From assembly GCF_006345805.1 (NCBI RefSeq), contig NC_043005.1, positions 54,684,001 to 54,748,000 of the forward strand: a stretch of 64,000 bases of DNA. Reading direction: 5' to 3'. The notes under the pieces are model-generated. The model was not told where the DNA came from, ran no database searches, and saw only the letters and a list, made by a program, of their open reading frames with translations. Of the stretch, positions 53,788 through 64,000 are shown piece after piece (the first letter of the stretch is position 1; each line of letters starts with the position of its first letter). Origin of the DNA: Octopus sinensis (Eukaryota). Both the position numbers and the translations under genes were made by a program.

Positions 53788-55385
53788 ATGTTGCTCATAG
53801 CAGGAAACCAGGCTTCCATTTGGTGGTGGTCGTCGTGGTGATGGTGATGGTTGGCTCTGAGGATTAGAAAAGGGTAAACTAGGTTTTTTTTTTTTTTTGT
53901 ACTTGCTGAGTTTGGAGGAAGAAGCAGTATCCATGACCTTTGCAGACTCTCTGACACTAGTAAGCTTGATGCAGCATTTAAAGTTTATATATAGTGGACT
54001 TCATTGGCCTCCTTCTACAGGAAGATGGGAATTTCGTTACTGTCTTCAGGAAGACCGGAATTCTAAGAATCTTTTCAAAGGAATAAGAACCTGCTACCAT
54101 ACTTATACCAGACAACTAAATAAATGCCTGGACTGAATTTGATTTTATAGATTCTGAACTGTAATTTTTAAATATATTTTTTCTTTATGTTTGCTTGTTT
54201 GTTTCCAATATATTTATATATATATATTTTTTACATCTTTCTTTAATCTATACATTTAATTGTTTCTTTGTCTATCAAAATATAAAGATATTGCAAGTGA
54301 GAAATGTTAGATATGTCAGTCAGCCAAATTTTTTTCTTTTATGCTTGTATATTATTAAAAGTGAAACATGCTTAAACAAATAGCTTGTTTTTAATTCTAT
54401 TTTTATTTTATATTATATTCTGCTTGTTTATTCATGTTCTCATTTAACTTATAGAAATAAATTCTTCAAAGAACTTTAGCTGATTGAAAAAAAAATATTA
54501 CCAAAGAAAATTAAAACCTTTCAAATATAATTATTTCCATTAATCATTTTACGATAAAGAATATCAAATCACCAGCTAAATGTGTTTACATGCAAATGTG
54601 TGAATATATGTGTGGGTCTCTATATGGCTTTATGTAATTGAATATATGTCTATATACATGTACATGTGCATATGAGTATGTGTGCACGTATGTGTGCATA
54701 TATATATGTGTGCATATACGTATGTGTGCATGAGTGAAGGAGTTGTTGTTGTGGTTATTTAGCTCCAGGTCAGCTCTAACTGAGCAGACCTGACATCAAA
54801 GACATACAAGCTATTGAAAGTCCTACGTCTTTTTTAGAGTATGTAAAACTAAATTATCAAATGCATCAGTTACCTTATTTAAGACATTGGAATGTTATTC
54901 AAGGAAGATTTGGCTGATGTTTCAACAATCTCAAGTAACCACTGTTATGTTGCATCTACTCAACTCTGCTCGACTCCGACTGCTACTCAACTCTACTTTG
55001 CTCCAACTGCAACTCTACTCAGCTGTGCTCCTCTCGACGTCTAGGCTTCTCCCTCAATATCTAAGTATTGGGCTAGCCTACTTCATCGTCTGGGGGTGTC
55101 CACATAGCAAGTAATCATACAGAAGTCCTCCTCTTTGCTGACTTGTCAGGCAGTAGTGGTTGTGATGGTCGTGGTGGTGGTCATGTCATAGGGTTAATGT
55201 TCAGTTAATGCAATGTTTCTCATAGCAAAAAGCCACGCTTTCATTTGGTGGTGGGCATGACACTAAGGATTGGAAAAGTATAAGTTTTATTTGTTTTGTT
55301 TTTTTTTGTACTTGCTGAGTTTGGCAGAGGAATCAATGTCCATGACCTTTGCAGATACTCTGACACTAGTAAGCTTGATGCTTTT
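53788..55385 (+). repeat. Dispersed ~180-bp direct repeat (53788-53975 and 55212-55385)
   Basis: Both copies: AATGTT.CTCATAGCA...CATTTGGTGGTGG...T-tract-GTACTTGCTGAGTTTGG...CCATGACCTTTGCAGA..CTCTGACACTAGTAAGCTTGATGC. Confidence 0.85.
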
Positions 55386-58039
55386 AATGTTCCATTTTAA
55401 ACATAGGCGCAGGATTGGCTGTGTGGTAAGTAGCTTGCTTACCAACCACATGGTTCCGGGTTCATTCCCACTGGGTGGCACCTTGGGCAAGTGTCTTCTG
55501 CTATAGCCTCGGGCCGACCAAAGCCTTGTGAGTGAATTTGGTAGACGGAAACTGAAAGAAGCCCGTCGTATGTGTATATATATATATATATATATACATG
55601 CGTGTGTGTGTGTGCATGTGTGTGTGTGCATGTGTGTGTGTGTGTGTGTGTGTATGTTTGTGTGTCTGTGTCTGTTCCCTCCAACATCGCTTGACAACCG
55701 ATACTGGTGTGTTTACTTCCCCGTAACATTAGTGGTTCAGCAAAAGAGACCGATAAAATAAGTACTAGGCTTACAAAGAATAAGTCCTGGGGTCGATGTG
55801 CTTGACTAAAGATGGTGCTCCAGCATGGCCACAGTCAAATGACTGAAACAAGTAAATAAAGAGCTTGTACGTTGGAGCAATAAGGATCATTAAGTCATCT
55901 AAGGATGACTGATGACTTGCGTGGAGACTTCATTTCAAATGAAGAAGAGTTACACAATGTCAGCTTCATTCTCTCATCTGGGTCCATTTTCAATCCAGTG
56001 GTGAGACCAGGTCAAGATGACTGGGGATGGAGACAGATCCAGTGAATGACCAAAATGTCTTACTTGCTCATCTTGCTCTCTGCACTCCACAGCACTGTGC
56101 CACAACTGCCCTCCTCTCAATTGAACCATGAAGGTTTCTTCCACACAGTTCACAGGATCTAGTATTCACATACATACACAGGCTAGCCCTGATATGCTAA
56201 TCAATTCAAGGCGACCAGCTGGCAGAAACGTTAGCACGCCAGGCAAAATGCTTAGCAGTATTTCGTCTGCCATTACGTTCTGAGTTCAAATTCCGCCGAG
56301 GTTGACTTTGCCTTTCATCCTTTCGAGGTTAATTAAATAAGTACCAGTTATGTACTGGGGTCGATATAATTGACTTAATCCGTTTGTCTGTCCTTGTTTG
56401 TCCTCTCTGTGTTTAGCCCCTTGTGAGTAGTAAAGAAATAACTATTTTGTCTGTCTTTACATTCTAAGTTCAAATTCCACCACAGTCAGTTACATCAATT
56501 CCAATACTCGACTGGTATTTATTTGGTGGGATTCTAGTTCAAGCACCCCATATAACCCCCTCATAATTTTTTTATTTTTTAGAATTTTCTGAATATTCTT
56601 GTGAATTTGTTATTCTACACAGGAAAATTCATAGATTTTTGTGGTGTAATTTAAGGGTGATTTTATTGTTATTTTATGCACACCCCATGACCACCTGGTA
56701 TCTTCCATGTCTCTTTGTCACTTTGACATGTACTGATGTTTGTCAATATTTTTCTCCCTATGTACTTCGTCTGTCTATACATTCTGAGTTCAAATTCCAC
56801 CAAGGTCGACTTTGCCTTTCATCCTTTCAGGGTTGATAAATTAAGTACCAGTTGTTTACTGGGGTCAAGTTAATCGACTGGCCCCCTCCCCAAAAATTTC
56901 ATGCTTTGTGCCTAGAGTAGAAAAGAACATGCTAATCAATTTATAGCTAGGGCCCTGACTGGTGCCACTACTCCAGGTCAGATTAAACCTAGAAACAACA
57001 GTGGGTATGTTTATGTATGTACATGTTTGCATGTGCATGTGTGTGTTTGTGTATGTGTATATTTGTATGTTCATGTGTGTGTGTGTGTATGTGTGGACGT
57101 GTGTGTTTGTGCATGTGAGTGTATACATTGTGCATGTGGTGATTCCAAACTACTCAAAACCCTGGAATTCTTGAATCAGGGCCCTACTACCAGATGTAGT
57201 TTACAGTCATAACCTGGATGAAGAAAAGCTTTCTCTGATCTGCACCCCTACCCCCAGTGTTTAGTCATTGTTAAACATCGAGTATGTTCCTTTGCTGTCA
57301 TCTGAAATATTTGTCAATCTGTAAAGAAAAGGGGTTCATTTCCTGGCAAGGGAACTAGTTATTTGAGGCAGCAATTTGGCTGAATCATTAACACACATGG
57401 TAAAATGCTTAGACATTTTATGTCTTCATATTCATCATCATCATCATCATCATCGTTTAACGTCTGTTTTCCGCGCTAGCACGGGTTGGACGGTTCGACT
57501 GGGGTCTGGGAAGCCAGGGGCTGCTCCAGGCTCCAGTCTGATCTGGCAGAGTTTCTACGACTGGATGCCCTTCCTAACGCCAACCACTCCGCAAGTGTAG
57601 TGGGTGCTTTTTACGTGCCACCTGCACAGGTGCCAGGGGGTGTCCGGCATCGGCCACGATCAGTTGGAGCTTTTAACGTGCCAGCAGCACGGAAGCCAGC
57701 CAAGGCGGCGCTGGCAACATTTGGATGGTGCTTTTTTATGTGCCACCAGCACAGAAGCCAGTCGGGGCGGCCTGAGTTCAAATTCTGCTGAGGTCGACTT
57801 TGCCTTTCATCCTTTCAGGGTCAATAAGATAGGTACAAGTTGAGGACTGGGGGTCAATGTAATCAACTTACCTCCATTTCCAAACTTGCTGGCCTTGTGC
57901 CAGAATTTGAAAGCAATATGCAGAGGACAGGTAATAGTCTTCTGACACTGGGACTTGTTATTTAAGGTGGCAAACTGGCAAAATCGTTAGCATGCTGGAC
58001 AAAGTAATTTATGGCATTTTCTTCAGTTTTACATTCTGA

Positions 58040-58754
58040 GGTGACAGTGATGATGATGGTGGTGGTGGTAGTGGCAGCAATGGTGATAGTGGTGGTGGAG
58101 GTGGTGGTGGTGATGTGGCGGTAATTGTGGTGGTGCTGGTGGTGCTGGTAGTGGCAGTGATTGTGGTGGTGATAGTGGCAGCGATGGTGATAGTGGTGGT
58201 GGCGGCAGTAACGGTGGTGGTGCTGGTGGCAGTGGTAACAGTGGTGGTGCTGATGGTGCTGGTGGTGACAGTAGTGGTGGTGGTGGCAGTGATGGTGGTG
58301 GTGATACTACTACTATGAAGATGATGGTGATAATGGTGGTGATGATAGTTGTGGTGATGTAGCAGTGGTTGTGCTGGTGGTGGTTGTGGTGGTGGTAGTG
58401 GTAGTGGTGGTGCTGGTGCTGGTGATAATTCTGTTGACAATGATATTTTAAGCTAATAGTTTACATTAATCATAATGACTTGAGATGTTCATATTGACAA
58501 CAATTACAATTCTCAAAAGTGACAATTTATTTCCTCTTTCACTTGTTATTTTTGAAATGCAACCTTCAATATTTAATGATTATAAACAATCACTGCAGGC
58601 TGTTATTAAAATACAATACCTATTGCTCGTGACGGTTGCTATTGTGATTCGTATCATCATCATCATTATCATCAACAACAACAACTACAAGAACAACATT
58701 ATTATTATTATCATTATTATTATTATTATTACTATTATTATTATTAATATCATT

Positions 58755-58825
<71 letters not shown>

Positions 58826-58861
58826 TATTATTATTACTATTATTATTATTATCATCATCAT

Positions 58862-58892
<31 letters not shown>

Positions 58893-58895
58893 TAC

Positions 58896-58940
<45 letters not shown>

Positions 58941-59008
58941 CATCATCATCATCATTATTATTATTATTACTATTATTATTATTATTATCATCATCATCAT
59001 CATCATCA

Positions 59009-59039
<31 letters not shown>

Positions 59040-59098
59040 TATTATTATTATTACTATTACTATTATTATTATTATTATTATTATCATTATTATTATTA
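58040..59098. repeat. Degenerate (GGT)n tract (58040-58430) and compound (ATT)n/(ATC)n tract (58650-59098)
   Basis: Directly visible. Confidence 0.95.
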
Positions 59099-59143
59099 GA
59101 CATAACAAAGAGCACGACGCAATTGCAATAGATATTTTATTGG

Positions 59144-59186
59144 TTGAACAATATTTCAACACTCCGTGTGTCTTTTACAAGTTCAA
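59144..59186 (-). ncRNA. Minimal hammerhead motif, U3-A8 core variant, in Penelope 3' region
   Basis: ttgaac-TTGTAAA-a-gacac-acgga-gtgtt-GAAATATT^gttcaa: 6-bp stem I, 5-bp stem II. A6 is changed to U in this copy. Confidence 0.65.
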
Positions 59187-59371
59187 AATATAAAATGAAA
59201 TTAAATTCAAAGATAGGAAATGCTGAAACATTCAAAATTAAACCAGAACAACTGTATTTCTTTCCAAGTAAAATGATGTTATCAGTTTTGGTCTTTCACA
59301 AAAGGTAGCAGAAGGAAGGAAAGACAGAAAAAAAGAACAAAAAGAAAGAAAAGAATTTGAGAATAAATCAT

Positions 59372-61660
59372 TCAGTCAAAAAGTTTAGTATAAATATGGT
59401 GGAATTTGCCTGCCATTTTATTAATTCCTCCTGGCTGAGATGTCAACAGCTCACATATATATCTATCCTCATGGGTTTTGAGGACTGAACGTGCAGTGAG
59501 GGTGTTTTTTAAGAATGTGCACTTTCAGGTCCTCCTCAAATTTACACCCATTTGATGTGAAATGTTCTGCAAGTTCTGTGGAACCACTGTTATTGTACCT
59601 AACGTCATACTGTGCCCATTAAATCACTTTTGAAATCGTTCTGTTGTGCACCCAGCATAATTCATTTTGCGGTTGGTGCATTTCACTGCATACACAAAAT
59701 GGGAATCTTTACAGGTCCCTTCTTATGTGTAAATCATAACATTTCTATTATAATTCTTGATGGAATTGGCCTGACTCATGTTATTGCACAATGAACAGGG
59801 ATTACCTCTCTTATGGATGTTCTGAGGAGTGCAGCATTCGTTTTATTAGAGGTACTGTCAATATTTCTCTAGTATTTCTATTTATGCCTAAAGGATACAA
59901 TAGGTGGAAGAGGAAATATTTGTCAGAAATGAGGATACTTTTCTGAATTATGTTGGCAACTGTCATGCAATATTTTTGGAATGCCTGCGAAACTTCGGTG
60001 CCAGTTGATCATTAAAGGAATTCAGCCATAAGCACTTTTCTGACTGCTAAAATTAGGTGTGAAAATTTGATTATCACAGTTAATTTCAGCTGTCATATGT
60101 GATTTCCTTTAATCTTGATTCACTATAACGGTCCTTTACATAATGGCACATAAAAGTATTTGCATGTTTCCAATAATCCCCAATGTCTGTGCAAATACAT
60201 CGTATCCTCAAAAACTGGGACTTCGGATTTGATCTGATTATATGATGTGGATGATCAGAACGGCGGTGGATAAATATGGGATGATGTAGGTTTGCAAAAT
60301 AATTCTGTGACTTTGGCTTTCCAAAAATTTAACTCTTGTGTCCAAAATTTCGATGCTAGTTTTTGAAAAGCTCGACATGAATTTTATTTTAGACTTAAAG
60401 CCATTGTCTCAGGTGAAGCAGTCACAGAAATGTAAAAATTTGACTAAACTATCCTGTGTTCCTTCCCAGACAAAAAAGACGTCATTAATGAACCATAACC
60501 AGAGTATAGGTTCATGACCATGCAGGGATTTGAATATCTTCATTAATTGTGTTTCAAAGTTAATCATGAAGACATTTGTGAAATTGACTGTCATAGGGGT
60601 ATCTATGTTGCATCCCTTCATCTGATGGAAAAACTTTCCTCCATTGTGTTACTTTACAGAGAAACTTTGAGGGAATTCTTTTCTTTGAGCGTTTTTCAGA
60701 GGATTTCATGCATGCTTTCCCCCACATACATACCTCATCATGGTCGATGTTGTGGTATAAGGAAGAAACGTCCACTGTTACCAAAAAACAATCTTTAATA
60801 TTACTTTGGTGTATAGAAAATTTGTTCAATTTGGAAACAAAATCAGAAGTATCCCAAGTGCAGGAACTTGATCTTTTAGCTACTTGGAGCAGAAAACCAT
60901 CCTGCCATTTCGAAATTTTAACAATGCAACATTCATACCCACTGCAAATCAGGCACAATGGAGGAAATTTTTCGAAATTTTTATGTATTTTTGGAAGACC
61001 GTAAAATACAGGGGTTCTTTTTTCTGAACGTAATAGCTTAGATTCTGTGTCATTTATGAAATTCATTTCCTCCATTTCCAAAATCGTTTTATCAAGTTCC
61101 TCTCTGTAATTGTGGTTTGGATCTACAAGTAATTCTTCATAAGTTTTGTCACTTAAAACTTCTTCACAAGCTGAAATTTGCTTGTCCTTGTCCATAATTA
61201 CAATAGTGCCTCCTTTATCCACCATTTTAATAACAATAGAATCATTGTTTGCTAGATGACGGAATGCGCTACACTGGAAATCCGTAAAGTTATTCCAGCT
61301 CATTTTCTTACAGGTTTTAAGGCTTTCCTTAATTTCTGTCTGACAAGATTTCAGAAATTCCAACATTGCTTGTGACCATCTCTTCCGAACTTTATCCGGA
61401 TACCAATTTGGATTCTGTAAGATCCAATTATACCAGATCTGATCATCATCATCATTTCTTTCAGTAGACATGAGGTTTTCTGACATTCTTTCAAAAAATA
61501 TTCTTGGATATTGTGACGATGGACAAACTGATATATCCCTTGCGTGAATTTATTTTTGTCGAAATTCTTAATGCTTGGGCAGAAACTAAGTCCAAGTTCT
61601 AAGACAGTGATATTGTCTGGCAAAAGTTTTAACTTTGATAAATTTATTACCTTCTTATTT
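59372..61660 (-). pseudogene. Penelope-like RT-endonuclease pseudogene
   Basis: VINLS...VLELGLSFCP; IVIKMVDKGGTIVIMD; FYGLPKIHK; LVTVDVSSLYHNID; WLWFINDVFFVW; Cys linker CC...CSLC; FVYAVKC...YAGCT...FNGH; EDRYICELLTSQPGGIN; stop at 59372-59374. Many stops and frameshifts. Confidence 0.92.
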
Positions 61661-61854
61661 TCTCACGTGGTTGATTTTCTTGGTCTAGTGTTTTCCCCAG
61701 CATTGCTTGCATCAGACTTTTTATTCTCATTTTTGGAGCTTTGATGAAAATCCTCACTTAAAACATAGAATCTTGACACACATTCTGCATTTGTTGCTAT
61801 TGTTAGCGTTGTCTATTCTACACTTCATCATCATCATCATCATCATCATCATAC

Positions 61855-61905
<51 letters not shown>

Positions 61906-61990
61906 TATTATTATTATTATCATCATCATCATTACTATTATTATTACCTTTGCACAGCTTCTGATGCTGGAGATGTACTACAGTGTCAGC

Positions 61991-62038
<48 letters not shown>

Positions 62039-62447
62039 GGAGTGGCTGTGTGGTAAGTAGCTTGTTTACGAACCACATGGTTCCAGGTTCAGTTTCACTG
62101 CGTAGTAGCTTGGGCAAGTGTCTTCTACTACAGCTTCAGGCCAAACAAAGCCTTGTGAGTGAATTTAGTAGATGGAAACTGAAAGAAGCCCGTCATATAT
62201 ATGTATACATATATATATATGTATGTGTGCATGTGTATATGTTTGTGTATCTGCATTTGTCCCCCCAACATCGCTTGACAACCGATGCTGGTGTGTTTAC
62301 CTTCCCATAACTTAGTGGTTCATCAAAAGAGACCGATAAAATAAGTACTAGGCTTACAAAGAATAAGTCTTGGGATCAATTCGCTCAACTAAAGGTGGTG
62401 CTCCAGCATGGCCACAGTCAAATGCCTGAAACAAGTAAAGAGAGCGA

Positions 62448-63009
62448 GACCCTTGCCAACCCCCTTTGCTTGTGAAGACATGTTGGGGCAAGCGAAATCG
62501 AAATCGAATTGAACCAGCCAGTATCCCTGGTCTGGTGGTACGTAAAGCACTATCCGACTCGTGGCCGTGGCACGTAAAATACTCCAATGCGACCGTACGA
62601 CAGGCACCCTTGCCAACCCCCTTTGCTTGTGAAGACATGTTGGGGCAAGCGAAATCGAAATCGAATTGAACCAGCCAGGATCCCTGGTCTGGTGGTACGT
62701 AAAAAGCACTATCCGACTCGTGGCCGATGCCAGCACCGCATAGACTGGCTTCCGTGCCGGTGGCACATAAATACACCAATCTGACCGTGGCCGTTGCCAG
62801 CCCCGCCCTGGCACCTGTGCAGGTGGCACGTAAAAAAGCACCCACTACACTCACGGAGTGGTTGGCGTTAGGAAGGGCATCCAGCTGTAGAAACATTTGC
62901 CAAATTAGACTGGAGCCTGGTGCAGCCTTTCTGGCTTCCCAGAACCCCGGTCGAACCGTCCAACCCATGCTAGCAGGAGAACGGACGTTAAACGACGATG
63001 ATGACGATG
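62448..63009 (+). mobile_element. Family C element, long copy with duplicated 5' module
   Basis: A ~115-bp block CCCTTGCCAACCCCCTTTGCTTGTGAAGAC...GACTCGTGGCC occurs twice (62450, 62607), followed by repeated GGCACGTAAAAAGCAC-type modules, the GGAAGGGCATCCAG domain and a (GAT)n tail. Confidence 0.85.
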
Positions 63010-63052
<43 letters not shown>

Positions 63053-64000
63053 TATTATTATTATCATTATCCTCATCATCATTATTAGGGCAGCAAGCTG
63101 GCAGAATCATTAGCATGCCAAGCAAAATGCTTAGCGGTATTTCGTCAGCCATTACATCCCGAGTTCAAAGTCGACCATGGTCGACTTTGCCTTTCATTCT
63201 TTTGGGGTCGATAAATTAAGTACCAGTAAAACATTGGGGGTTCAATGTAATTGACTAGTCCCCACCCAACAAATTTCCAGCCTTGTGCCTTTAGTAGGAA
63301 GGATTATTATTATTATTATTGTTGTTGTTGTTGTTGTTATCATCATCATCATTATTGTTTAAAAGTTTATACTTTTAAAAGCAAAATACAAGACCTGGTT
63401 GGTATATAACGAACACATATGCACCACCACCCCTTCATTCCCTCCCTCTGACTAGTTAATTTGTTTGCCGTATTTAATTAGATGAAAAATAAAAGAACAA
63501 AAACAAGAACAAAAATAATCAAAATTAAATTAAATTAAATTAAAATAAATAATATAATAAAGCAAAGCAAAATACAGCGATAAAACAAACAAGTATTATA
63601 TACCATGTTTGAGTTTCCTCTCACTTTTTTGTTTTATCTTTATTTATTTATTTAATTATATTTTGTTGTTTTTTTTTTTACCTTTTTTGTGTTTTTATTT
63701 TTACTTAATTTAGTTGCAGATGATAAATTAATCAACACTATAACATCTCTGGTGTGATAGGAGAAGCATGGCTTGTGAACACATACGCAGCATGAGAGCA
63801 AACTGATATATTTCATATTTTTTTATGTTTGTATTTTTAAAATTTTTATTCTAATCCACTATCATCATCGTCATCATTACCACCATCCTCATCATCATCA
63901 TCATTATCGTCATCATCATTATTAATATTATTGTTCTTCTTCTGCTTCTTCTTCTTCTTCTTATTATTATTATTATTATTATTATTACTAGTATTATTAT

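Larger units (their letters stand above)
59099..61820 (-). mobile_element. Penelope-like retroelement (Neptune-like), decayed
   Basis: Contains RT plus GIY-YIG ORF remnants, a 3' region with a hammerhead-like motif and AATAAA; bounded by trinucleotide microsatellites. Confidence 0.9.

Noticed and set aside
54012-54053. Minus-strand CTGAAGA...GAAA...GTA hammerhead-like string
   Set aside because: No stem II or stem III pairing.
58009-59162. Mucin-like Thr/Pro ORF and poly-Ile/Tyr ORFs
   Set aside because: Degenerate (GGT)n, (ATT)n and (ATC)n repeats adjoining a SINE fragment.
62354-63113. GC-rich 128-204 aa ORFs
   Set aside because: They span family A and family C repeats and have no recognisable domain.

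Overview
This is AT-rich eukaryotic DNA packed with (TA)n, (TG)n, (TAA)n, (ATC)n and (GATA)n microsatellites and at least four high-copy SINE-like families. The repeat content looks like an octopus (coleoid cephalopod) genome, but that is my inference from remembered repeat sequences. There is no intact protein-coding gene, and almost all ORFs in the track are microsatellite translations. Recognisable elements: a full-length decayed mariner, two hAT/Charlie-type elements with 8-bp TSDs (one split by a Tc1/pogo-type MITE), a Sola-like element inside a LINE, R4/Dong-like, CRE-like, RTE-like and CR1-like LINE fragments, a decayed Penelope-like element (RT plus GIY-YIG), and a ~550-bp non-coding element embedded in (TAA)n. 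The most notable signal is a set of minimal type-I hammerhead ribozyme motifs from several unrelated Penelope-type terminal-repeat fragments. Their core 3-8 pair occurs as C-G, G-C and U-A. Some sit inside fold-back inverted repeats, and one repeat arm starts at the predicted cleavage site. Several strong + strand splice acceptors, each followed by a short stop-terminated ORF, suggest alternative exons of an unidentified host gene. All coordinates and alignments were read by eye.
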